The notes beneath the pieces were generated by a model. It was not told where the DNA came from, searched no databases, and saw nothing but the letters and a program-made list of their open reading frames with translations. Positions 24,037 through 31,515 of a stretch of 35,258 bases of DNA are shown here, one piece after another. The stretch is from the IMG/VR virus record IMGVR_UViG_3300031566_000192, positions 1 through 35,258 of that record, one strand, 5' to 3'. The DNA is from a virus. Within the stretch, counting starts at the first letter, position 1, and every line of letters begins with the position of its first letter. The translations under genes were made by a program, and so were the position numbers.

Positions 24037-24602
24037 TTTCTAGGCGTCAAACCAAAAGTTGTGATGATATATTTGTCATTTGAAATTGGTTTGACGCCCT
24101 CATGAAAATAACGCCAAGTTGATGGGAAAATCACAAGTGTTCCGGCTTTTGGTTTTATTTCGATTTCCTGGAAAGGGAATTTTGTTTCGCCACCCTCAAG
24201 AACATCATTCAAATAAAAAATCGGCGCAAGGAATCGCGCATCGTTCAAATTTCGCTCATCGTTGTCGGTATGGGGTTTAAAAAATCCTTGTCCTTTGAAT
24301 GATTTTTGCATTTGCAATCCCCCCCAAAAAATTGGCGTTCCTTTCAAATTGAAATATCTTGATTTTATTTGGCACAATGCAATCTCAAGAATTTTTGAAT
24401 ATTTTGAATTGAGATTTTCCGAATCAATGTGCCAGTCTATAGAATTTTTCACTCCAGGTGAATAACCGCCACCGGTTTTCCCGTTGAATTTGTTTGGTGA
24501 CGTTTCAAACGCCTCAATTGTGTCAATGCAAAGTCGGTCACTTATAGCATTTTCCCAAACAAAAATTCCCGTTTTTTTCTCAAACTCTTTGTTGTATTCC
24601 AT
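24033..24602 (-). CDS. 2OG-Fe(II) oxygenase (prolyl-4-hydroxylase-like)
   Basis: HxD in FKPHTDNDE, a distal His in WRYFHEG and a basic residue in DKYIITTF. RBS AAAGGAG. Confidence 0.8.
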   Translation of the reverse strand: MEYNKEFEKKTGIFVWENAISDRLCIDTIEAFETSPNKFNGKTGGGYSPGVKNSIDWHIDSENLNSKYSKILEIALCQIKSRYFNLKGTPIFWGGLQMQKSFKGQGFFKPHTDNDERNLNDARFLAPIFYLNDVLEGGETKFPFQEIEIKPKAGTLVIFPSTWRYFHEGVKPISNDKYIITTFGLTPRN

Positions 24603-24635
24603 TGATTCTCCTTTGTTTTGGAAAATATATCACAA

Positions 24636-24650
24636 CAATTGTCCGGACAA
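24636..24650. promoter_or_regulatory. Second copy (reverse complement) of TTGTCCGGACAATTG, overlapping the -35 of the oxygenase promoter candidate
   Basis: CAATTGTCCGGACAA at 24636-24650. On the minus strand this reads TTGTCC-15-TATATT with TGa extended -10 geometry. The palindrome centre lies 42.5 nt upstream of ATG 24602. Confidence 0.55.
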
Positions 24651-24692
24651 AACATGATTTGAATTAGTTTCCGGCCAGGCCAGGCCTTGAGG

Positions 24693-24721
24693 TTGTGAGA
24701 ACTCTCAAAATCGAATATGAT
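24693..24721 (+). promoter_or_regulatory. Promoter candidate TTGTGA-17-TATGAT (leaderless geometry)
   Basis: TTGTGA at 24693-24698, a 17-nt spacer, then TATGAT at 24716-24721. ATG 24728 is the 7th nt after the -10, with no SD. Confidence 0.45.
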
Positions 24722-24727
24722 TCAAAG

Positions 24728-24967
24728 ATGAACGAAATAAACATGACATTGACAATCCTTGGTTCACTTGTTTCACTTTTGTTGCTACTCAATGCACATT
24801 TTACAAGAAAAACACTTGAGAAAATCACAACCGTTGAAATTCAACTTGCGGTTTTGATTTCAAAACACGATTCGACCGACGAACGTGCAAGGAAAAATGA
24901 ATTTGAAATCGAATTATTGAAAAGCAAGATCAACAAACTCGAAACAAAGGTTTTGAGTAATCAATAA
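24728..24967 (+). CDS. Membrane protein with an N-terminal TM helix and a coiled coil (holin or i-spanin-like)
   Basis: MNEINMTLTILGSLVSLLLLLNAHFT followed by a heptad-rich tail. The start was chosen from the promoter geometry. The track start GTG 24695 has no usable RBS. Confidence 0.55.
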   Translation: MNEINMTLTILGSLVSLLLLLNAHFTRKTLEKITTVEIQLAVLISKHDSTDERARKNEFEIELLKSKINKLETKVLSNQ

Positions 24968-24981
24968 AAAAAGGAGTAATC

Positions 24982-25209
24982 ATGGAAAAAGCGTATGACA
25001 TCAAAGCACTTGGGGAAAACATCAAAGGGAAAGGCCTTGATCTTGCCGAGGACGCAATCGTTCTTGTTGTTGAGGAACTTTTCAATTGGATCGAGGAAAG
25101 TGCAAAACTTTCGGAAACACCATATGACGACATGGGACTTGTTGTGTTGCCACAATTAAAAAAACTGGCACTTGCACAAGTTGACAAAATCGACGGTCAA
25201 GAGGGATAA
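24982..25209 (+). CDS. Hypothetical acidic protein (75 aa)
   Basis: Strong RBS AAGGAG. Track ORF. Confidence 0.75.
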   Translation: MEKAYDIKALGENIKGKGLDLAEDAIVLVVEELFNWIEESAKLSETPYDDMGLVVLPQLKKLALAQVDKIDGQEG

Positions 25210-25212
25210 AAT

Positions 25213-25500
25213 TTGAATCTTTTCAAATATCTCAAGAGTATTTGGCCAGTCGTTCGAACATGGTTGGTCAAAACTCTTTTGAAAAAGTATTTGCCGAAAC
25301 TTATATCCGGCCCTTGGGGTTGGATCGTCACAATTTTCGGCGAAAAGCTTTTCGACAAAGCAATCAAACCGGCTTGGAATTGGTTGAACCGAAAAGCGTA
25401 TGCAATAACACAAAAATGGAAACGCAAACCAAAGGCGAAAAGACTTGAGAACGCAAAAACTGAAAATGAGTTTGATGATTCTTTTGACGACATGCCTTAG
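25213..25500 (+). CDS. Hypothetical amphipathic/basic protein (95 aa), a holin candidate
   Basis: TTG start after AGAGGGA. The hydrophobic segment is ISGPWGWIVTIFG. TAG stop. Confidence 0.55.
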   Translation: MNLFKYLKSIWPVVRTWLVKTLLKKYLPKLISGPWGWIVTIFGEKLFDKAIKPAWNWLNRKAYAITQKWKRKPKAKRLENAKTENEFDDSFDDMP

Positions 25501-25789
25501 TGCTTGTCAAACGTCAATCACTCTCCCGAAAATAGCAAATCATGAACGTTGTTCCTCATTCATTGAGGAGGTCGAACCCGGACTTTTCAAAGGAAAGTGC
25601 CGTTGTCACGAATACCAGGTTTCAAAAGGCTATATTGGGAGAGTGGGTGACTCGTATGACGAACCTCTCACATATTGTTCGAATCAAATTCAATTTTCTC
25701 CGACAACTTGGTCGGACGAATATCTTTATTTTATTGATGAAATCTTTTTCATGCACTCGAACAACAAAACAAAACCGAGGCGAAAATGA
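25445..25789 (+). CDS. Cys-rich lipoprotein (o-spanin/u-spanin-like or exclusion lipoprotein)
   Basis: Signal peptide MRTQKLKMSLMILLTTCLSAC with lipobox LSAC. The gene overlaps the 3-prime end of the upstream gene by 56 nt in another frame. The alternative start is ATG 25466. Confidence 0.65.
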   Translation: MRTQKLKMSLMILLTTCLSACQTSITLPKIANHERCSSFIEEVEPGLFKGKCRCHEYQVSKGYIGRVGDSYDEPLTYCSNQIQFSPTTWSDEYLYFIDEIFFMHSNNKTKPRRK

Positions 25790-26322
25790 TTTGTGAATTG
25801 ATTCAAAAATATTGTTCAAAACGTGTAAAAATAAAAATTGAAAAAGCAACGGAAAAACCCGAGGACGCATTGAAACGTTTTCCGGTTTCCGAAATTCCAA
25901 AATGGTTCAAAATTGCGATCAATGAAATTGGGATCAAAGAGTTTCCAGGTGAAAACCACAATCCAAAAATCATTGAATATCACAAAAGTTGTGAACTCAA
26001 AGCAAAGTCGGACGAAATCGCATGGTGTTCCGCATTTGTGAATTGGTGTTTTTTGAAATCGGGCGTTGATTTTCGCACTCGTTCGGCCGCCGCAATATCT
26101 TGGGCCAAATGGGGGAATCATGTTGAGCAACCAAAAGTCGGAGACGTCGTCGTTTTCCGGAGAGTGGATTCCAGTTGGCGAGGCCACGTGGGTTTTTTTG
26201 TGGCACAAAACGAAAAACAAATCCTTTTGCTTGGTGGAAATCAAGGGAATGAGGTGTCTTTCCAATGGTATGACAAACGAGGAAAGTCAATCAATTTTCA
26301 TCAATATAGATCAATGCAATAA
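25786..26322 (+). CDS. Endolysin, TIGR02594 family (NlpC/P60-CHAP-like peptidase)
   Basis: NHNPKIIEYHKSC...DEIAWCSAFVNWCFLKSGV...SAAAISWAKWG...GDVVVFRR...WRGHVGFFV...LLGGNQGNEVS is a near-textbook TIGR02594 pattern. Confidence 0.88.
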   Translation: MICELIQKYCSKRVKIKIEKATEKPEDALKRFPVSEIPKWFKIAINEIGIKEFPGENHNPKIIEYHKSCELKAKSDEIAWCSAFVNWCFLKSGVDFRTRSAAAISWAKWGNHVEQPKVGDVVVFRRVDSSWRGHVGFFVAQNEKQILLLGGNQGNEVSFQWYDKRGKSINFHQYRSMQ

Positions 26323-26391
26323 AAATGAATAGGCCGTCCCTGGCCTGGCAAATCCTTTGCAAACAGTCCGTGTTTGATATATTGTCTCAAT

Positions 26392-26664
26392 ATGAACTCA
26401 AAGCGTCGAGATTTAATTTTACAGGTTGCAAACGACAACATGGATGCGTTGCCTATCATTCACCAATTGGACGGATTTGTTCACGCCGAGAGAATTTTCG
26501 AGTGGATGATTCAAAACAAAATGGTCGGTCAATCTCTTGTTGAAACATATGTTCACGATTTCAAATGTTCATGGTTGTCGCTTGGAAAATGGGTGATCAT
26601 GAAAGCAAACAAAGACACTCAAATTCGAAAAATAATTGCCGGGAAAGACTATATTTGCAAGTGA
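26392..26664 (+). CDS. Hypothetical protein (90 aa)
   Basis: ATG 26392 lies 8 nt after the -10-like TATATT (26378-26383), with -35-like TTTGCA at 26356-26361. The track start is TTG 26374. The 3-prime end overlaps the convergent VRR-NUC gene by 16 nt. Confidence 0.55.
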   Translation: MNSKRRDLILQVANDNMDALPIIHQLDGFVHAERIFEWMIQNKMVGQSLVETYVHDFKCSWLSLGKWVIMKANKDTQIRKIIAGKDYICK

Positions 26665-26978
26665 TTTTTCACGCACTCGATTGAGTATGCAACAAAGGCG
26701 ACACCGCCGTTTGATTTGATTGTTTCCAGGAACTCAACTTGACCTTTTGACGGTTTTCCTTTTGAATCTTTTTTCACCTCAATGGCCAGGAACCGACCGT
26801 CCGGCAAGATTCCGAGAATGTCAACGGGATCGCCGCAAACTTTTTCCCATTTATTTTTTTTACGAAAACCGCCCTCGATTTTTTTGTCAAACACCGAACC
26901 GTTGTTGTTCCTCCATGCCGACACTTTTTTGAACATCAAGAATTGCAGAATCGAGTTTTGAACCTCGGTTTCCGACAT
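26649..26978 (-). CDS. VRR-NUC domain nuclease
   Basis: GDPVDILGILPDGRFLAIEVKKDSKGKPSKGQVEFLETIKSNGGVAFVAYS is the PD-(D/E)xK VRR-NUC core. The start is taken at MSETEVQNSILQFL (ATG 26978). Confidence 0.78.
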   Translation of the reverse strand: MSETEVQNSILQFLMFKKVSAWRNNNGSVFDKKIEGGFRKKNKWEKVCGDPVDILGILPDGRFLAIEVKKDSKGKPSKGQVEFLETIKSNGGVAFVAYSIECVKNHLQI

Positions 26979-27576
26979 TGAATAGATCGTTTTGTTCAAA
27001 ATAAAACCTCCGAAAAATTTCCTCACAAGCGAGGCGATCCGACTTTGCATTGTGGTGATCGAGTTCAATACTAAAATGATCGGCGAGGTTTTTCAACTTT
27101 GCACTTTGCATTTTCAAGGCCCGTGCAATTGTCACGGTTGAAATGATTTTTTTCTCGTCAAAATACTTGTAAAAATCAAAATATTTGTCCTGGAAAGCAA
27201 AATCCATTTTGATCATTGCAAAATCAAAGTGTGCGTGAATATGAGTCTTGGTGACATCATTGAAAGACGACTCACTTGCATGACAAAGAAACGCAAATTT
27301 GCGATCTTTTGGCAACCAATCAATCAATTTTTGCAAACTCTCCGGTCTTTCCGGAAAGTTGTCGGCGGTTTTTTTTGAAATCCGATGAATCCGTCTCGCC
27401 TCCTCGTCCCAATGATAGGGACGAGATTTGAGTTCAAGTTCGTCGATTGTTTCCAGGGTTTCCGGGTGCAATTTTCCGAACGATCCGGTGATCCAACACG
27501 CACCATGAACATCAAGTCCGGTTGTTTCGAGATCGCACGAAATTATTGCGTCAATATCACCTGGAATTTCGATCAA
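26887..27576 (-). CDS. DEDDh 3-prime to 5-prime exonuclease (DnaQ-like)
   Basis: ExoI is IISCDLETTGLD and ExoIII is HHNAKSDRLACEEIF. TTG 27576 lies 7 nt after GGAGG and one base after the upstream stop. The track ATG 27621 would overlap the upstream gene by 44 nt. Confidence 0.78.
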   Translation of the reverse strand: MIEIPGDIDAIISCDLETTGLDVHGACWITGSFGKLHPETLETIDELELKSRPYHWDEEARRIHRISKKTADNFPERPESLQKLIDWLPKDRKFAFLCHASESSFNDVTKTHIHAHFDFAMIKMDFAFQDKYFDFYKYFDEKKIISTVTIARALKMQSAKLKNLADHFSIELDHHNAKSDRLACEEIFRRFYFEQNDLFNVGNRGSKLDSAILDVQKSVGMEEQQRFGV

Positions 27577-27577
27577 C

Positions 27578-28147
27578 TTAATACCTCCAAAAAAAAACGA
27601 TTCGTTTCCATTTCGGGACATACGTTTTTTTCACGGCCTCAATTGTGTCGTTTCCGTCGATCAACTTCAAATGACAATATTTGATTATTTTATTGAGTTG
27701 ATAGCAAATTGAAAAATGTCGTCTCTTTGTTTCGTTGAAATCGTGATCAAATCCGAGTTTGTGTCCCCACTCGTGACAAATATTTCCCTCGACACCAATG
27801 ATTGACATTGACCAAAAGAATTTGCGATTGATCCATTGTCGAATTGTGTTCCCATATGTATATCCGACAACGTTCGAAAATGGTTTCGGGTTGAAAATTG
27901 TGAGATCAATGTCGGCCTCATTGTCAATTTCCGGTTGTAATGTTTCCGCACCACTCATGAAGTGTTCGAAAATCTCTTGATTTGTTTTGTGTTTCCAATT
28001 TGAAGTTTCGCCCGAAAAGTCCGCTCGCAAAAACTCTTGTCGAAACATTTCCGAATTGCAAATCAACTCGAGATTGACTCTCGCCTCCTCGAGTCTCACG
28101 AGTTCTTTTGGGGTGAATTGTTGGTGATCAATTTTAAATTTTAGCAT
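27578..28147 (-). CDS. Small metallopeptidase-like protein with the metzincin motif HExxHxxGxxH
   Basis: HEWGHKLGFDH is encoded at 27743-27775 (verified codon by codon). 189 aa. Confidence 0.65.
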   Translation of the reverse strand: MLKFKIDHQQFTPKELVRLEEARVNLELICNSEMFRQEFLRADFSGETSNWKHKTNQEIFEHFMSGAETLQPEIDNEADIDLTIFNPKPFSNVVGYTYGNTIRQWINRKFFWSMSIIGVEGNICHEWGHKLGFDHDFNETKRRHFSICYQLNKIIKYCHLKLIDGNDTIEAVKKTYVPKWKRIVFFWRY

Positions 28148-28470
28148 TTTGAGTTCCTTTCAATAAAATCTTTTTTCTTTTGTTCGTACTCGTGCAAAAC
28201 CATTGAGAAAACACTCGCCTTTGAGTTTGAAAGTAATTCCCTGGCAAGTTCGACCTCGTCTTTCAATATTCGATTTTCAACTTGCATGTCGGCAAGTTTT
28301 GCCAGTTTGAAATTTCCGTCTTTTTCTCTTGTCACAAGGCCAGTGTCAAGAAACGCCTTTGTGTTTGCAAGTAGTTTTTCAACATACTTGATCAAAACCT
28401 CGTCGGCAATTGGTTTCCCTTTTTTCTTGAGTTGTTCTTGTGTCCACAACCACGCCTTTAAATATTCCAT
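28141..28470 (-). CDS. Hypothetical helical protein (109 aa)
   Basis: RBS AAGGAG lies 8 nt upstream. Track ORF. Confidence 0.75.
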   Translation of the reverse strand: MEYLKAWLWTQEQLKKKGKPIADEVLIKYVEKLLANTKAFLDTGLVTREKDGNFKLAKLADMQVENRILKDEVELARELLSNSKASVFSMVLHEYEQKKKDFIERNSKC

Positions 28471-28471
28471 T

Positions 28472-28864
28472 TCAATGACTCCTTTGGTTTACAACCGTTT
28501 GATTGACTTCATGCAAACGATCATTCATTTCACGAATTTGCATGTTTTGACTTTCACTCAATATGTACTTTGTTCGGAGTTGTTTGAATGACTCGTCTTT
28601 TTCTTTGATGATTTCAACGGCGTCGTTCACTTGTTTTGAAAGGCCATTTGTCATGATCTCGTAATTTTCAACAAGTTTTTTCATTGCAAAATAAAGATCG
28701 TAATTCATCAAGGCGGCCGAGTAATTCAATAAATTAAAAAAGAAAATCAACCCGAACCCGACATTCGGCAAATTTTCATTGCGAAACAAATGCCACGCAA
28801 AAACATATATTGTCATATGAAAGACAAATGAAATTGCCTTTTTTGTTTTTCTTTTCATTGCCAT
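28472..28864 (-). CDS. Membrane protein (two predicted TM helices plus a coiled coil)
   Basis: ATG 28864 lies 5 nt after AAGGAG and overlaps the helicase stop (ATGGCAATGA). The hydrophobic segments are AISFVFHMTIYVFAWHLF and VGFGLIFFFNLLNYSAALM. Confidence 0.65.
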   Translation of the reverse strand: MAMKRKTKKAISFVFHMTIYVFAWHLFRNENLPNVGFGLIFFFNLLNYSAALMNYDLYFAMKKLVENYEIMTNGLSKQVNDAVEIIKEKDESFKQLRTKYILSESQNMQIREMNDRLHEVNQTVVNQRSH

Positions 28865-30360
28865 TTTCTCTCCTTTACGTTGAACCATTTTCCATTTTTT
28901 TCAGCAATTATTTTTTTCGGGTTTCCCATGAGTTTCAAATCTCTTTGAAATTCTCTTTGAAAATATGTTCCGGCTTTCAACCATTCTTTCACAATTCCTT
29001 GCATGGTTGTATATTGAACAAACCAACAACGATTTCCGGCCTTTGAAATGTATTCCTTGTCAATTGTGATCGAAAGAACATCAAGTTCGACATCAATTCT
29101 TGCGTTTTCGTTGAACTTGTATTCCCTGGCAATCTCGTCAAGGTTTTTCGTGTGTCTCCTCGGGCCGGTTGGTTCCTTGTAAAATTCAAAACCACAATCT
29201 CGACATTCTTGAACTGGCAAAAAATTCATTTCCATGCAATTCGGACAAATGATCGCTTGTTTTTCTCCCTTTCCTTTCGTTTTTTTCTCAACAATCGGAT
29301 CGTTCGGGTGTCCCAGGTTTTCAACGATCTCGCCGTAATCCAAGAACAAACAATTTTCTTTCCCCTCAAAGAGTCGCAGACCTCGACCAACAAGTTGAAC
29401 ATATAACACGGGCGATCTCGTCGGCCTCATTGCAACAATTGCGTCAATGGCCGGAAAGTCATATCCCTCGGAAACCATTGTCACACTCGAAATATGTCTC
29501 ACGTCATGTGTTTCAAAAGATTCCATATTGAACAATTGGTGACGTTTTCCAAGTTTTGAATGAATGATCGTACAATCCTCATATTCTTGAACAACTCTTT
29601 GAACCAATTCGGCGTGTTTGATGCAAGTGCATGACCAAACAACTTTTTTTCGTCCGGAGAGTTTTGTCAAAGCGTCGGCGACTTGTGTTCGAACCTTTTT
29701 TTCATCAAGAGACATTTTCTCAACGTCTCTCAAAATGAACTCGCCTCTCCTTGTTCGGAGTTGTGAAGTGTCAAACGCCTCGGTTGTTCCTTTGAAAACG
29801 GGTTCGACAATATATCCGGCCTCAATCATTTGTTTCATTGTTCTTTTGAAATCAATGCAATTGTTCGGCTTGTCCTCTCCAAAAATATATCCGGCAACCG
29901 TGAAAGGTGTCGCCGTGAATCTCACGATTTTCAACTTTGGATTTGCCTCTCTCAACCTGGCAATGTAATTCTTGTATGTCGGAGAGTTGTCGGCGTTGTG
30001 ACATTCATCAATGATCAAAAGATTCAAAACGGTTGTTGTTTTTTCAACCGATTGAATTGATCCGACCGTCACGGCGGCCTCGTTGTTGTATTCACCAAGT
30101 GAACCACAATACATTGAGACGTGTTGTTTCTCAAGTGCCAAATGCAATTTTTCTTGTGTTTGTGTCACAAGTTTCACCTGGTTCACGAGAATTTGTGCTT
30201 TCAATTGAGGATATATTTTCAAGATTTTTTCAAGCAACATTGTGAAAATGATAGTTTTCCCCGAGGCCGTTGGGAGAACGATCAATTGATCATCTTTGAA
30301 TTTCATCGTTTCCCAAATTTTATTGACGCATTGGTCTTGATAGGGCCTGGCCTGGATCAT
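28855..30360 (-). CDS. Superfamily 2 DEAD/DEAH-box helicase with a C-terminal Zn ribbon
   Basis: RPYQ, motif I LPTASGKT, motif II DECH, motif III FTATP and motif VI QLVGRGLR. The Zn ribbon is CPNC...CRDCG. Confidence 0.9.
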   Translation of the reverse strand: MIQARPYQDQCVNKIWETMKFKDDQLIVLPTASGKTIIFTMLLEKILKIYPQLKAQILVNQVKLVTQTQEKLHLALEKQHVSMYCGSLGEYNNEAAVTVGSIQSVEKTTTVLNLLIIDECHNADNSPTYKNYIARLREANPKLKIVRFTATPFTVAGYIFGEDKPNNCIDFKRTMKQMIEAGYIVEPVFKGTTEAFDTSQLRTRRGEFILRDVEKMSLDEKKVRTQVADALTKLSGRKKVVWSCTCIKHAELVQRVVQEYEDCTIIHSKLGKRHQLFNMESFETHDVRHISSVTMVSEGYDFPAIDAIVAMRPTRSPVLYVQLVGRGLRLFEGKENCLFLDYGEIVENLGHPNDPIVEKKTKGKGEKQAIICPNCMEMNFLPVQECRDCGFEFYKEPTGPRRHTKNLDEIAREYKFNENARIDVELDVLSITIDKEYISKAGNRCWFVQYTTMQGIVKEWLKAGTYFQREFQRDLKLMGNPKKIIAEKNGKWFNVKERKWQ

Positions 30361-30665
30361 TCTTTCACCTCAAATTCGGCGTCAATTGCCGGTTGAATTT
30401 CAAGTTCTTGTTGTCCGTCCGATCTCTCGATCAATTCAAGATTTTCCTCGGCATATTCAACGAACGCCTCAACGGTTTCCGTTCGATTCTTTCCGTTCTC
30501 ATACCTATACATGACCATTGCAACGGCGTTTTTGAAAAACTCCGATCCCGAAACCTCAACGTAATTCAAAGCAAGAATCAAGTTTTGTTTCATTTTCTTG
30601 TCAAAATATTTTCCAGGGATCAACGAAATCAATCCAAATTTTTCATGCAAATTTTGTTCACTCAT
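30357..30665 (-). CDS. Hypothetical protein with an acidic C-terminus (102 aa)
   Basis: Track ORF, with ATGA overlaps at both ends. Confidence 0.75.
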   Translation of the reverse strand: MSEQNLHEKFGLISLIPGKYFDKKMKQNLILALNYVEVSGSEFFKNAVAMVMYRYENGKNRTETVEAFVEYAEENLELIERSDGQQELEIQPAIDAEFEVKE

Positions 30666-31492
30666 TTCAAACCTCTCAAAATGTATTCAATAACTGGCAC
30701 CGTCACGGCGTTTCCTATTTGCTTGAACCTTTGTGAGTCGCTCACAAGTTCCGTCCAACCCTCGGGGAATCCTTGCAAGAGTTCACAGTCCTCCGGGTGC
30801 AATGTAAACTTTTCGCCGTCAATGTCACGAAAGTTCTTTGACGAAAAGGAACCACAACCCGGGCCGGTTGTGAGTGTGTTTGCTCGCCCGTCCCTGGTTT
30901 CCCTTTCCTCCTTGTATTTTTCACGGTCTTTCGGATATCGCCAAGAGCTTGACCATGCAATCAACTCGTCCCAACGCTCGCCCGTTTCCGGCATTGGTTC
31001 CGTCAAATCCCAATTGAACCAATAAAGACGACGACGTTTTTGAGGCGTGAAATGATCCGAATTGATTTCGATTGCATCGACACCAAGTGTTTCGGAAATC
31101 AAGTCACGATCTTGCTTTGACATCGAGGCGACGTTTTCCAAAAGGAAATGTTTTGGTTTTTTTGTTTTTAAAATTTGAACGTATGTCCAAAAGAGTCCGG
31201 ATTTCGTACCTTTCAAACCTTGTCGATTTCCCTTTGCAATTGAAAGGTCGTTACACGGTGAACCTCCGACCAAAAGATCAAAGTCCGGCAAGCATTTCAT
31301 CAAGTACGGCCAGGCCTCCAGGTTTCGAATGTCACCAATGTTTTTATTTGCGTTCAATGGAAAACGTTGCTCGAAAACTTTGATTGCATGTTGATCAATT
31401 TCAGACCAACCGACGCACTCGGAACGTTCAAAGGTGTTGTGAATAGCAAGTTCAAAACCTCCGACGCCGGTGAACAAACTCAAATATTTCAT
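30662..31492 (-). CDS. DNA (cytosine-5) methyltransferase, compact (276 aa)
   Basis: Motif I LSLFTGVGGFE, motif IV GGSPCNDLS, motif VI LLENV, motif VIII QKRRR and motif X QIGNAVTVPV. ATG 31492 follows AAGGGAGAG. The track start is TTG 31528. Confidence 0.9.
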   Translation of the reverse strand: MKYLSLFTGVGGFELAIHNTFERSECVGWSEIDQHAIKVFEQRFPLNANKNIGDIRNLEAWPYLMKCLPDFDLLVGGSPCNDLSIAKGNRQGLKGTKSGLFWTYVQILKTKKPKHFLLENVASMSKQDRDLISETLGVDAIEINSDHFTPQKRRRLYWFNWDLTEPMPETGERWDELIAWSSSWRYPKDREKYKEERETRDGRANTLTTGPGCGSFSSKNFRDIDGEKFTLHPEDCELLQGFPEGWTELVSDSQRFKQIGNAVTVPVIEYILRGLK

Positions 31493-31515
31493 TTTCTCTC
31501 CCTTAAATGAGGAAA

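Noticed and set aside
24043-24098. 11-bp inverted repeat GGCGTCAAACC / GGTTTGACGCC inside the 3-prime end of the oxygenase gene
   Set aside because: The loop is 34 nt, there is no U-tract, and a single 11-bp inverted repeat within about 60 nt is roughly what chance predicts for 35 kb. It also simply encodes GVKP/GLTP.
29631-29640. A7/T-run slippery-looking sequences in the helicase (CGA AAA AAA GTT on the minus strand) and a T9 run at 27590-27598 in the metallopeptidase tail
   Set aside because: The alternative frames give no meaningful product or domain boundary. Homopolymer runs of this length are expected in an AT-leaning genome.
30393-31025. 210-aa plus-strand ORF antisense to the methyltransferase and the 102-aa gene
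   Set aside because: The minus strand carries all canonical C5-MTase motifs, so the plus-strand ORF is a shadow.
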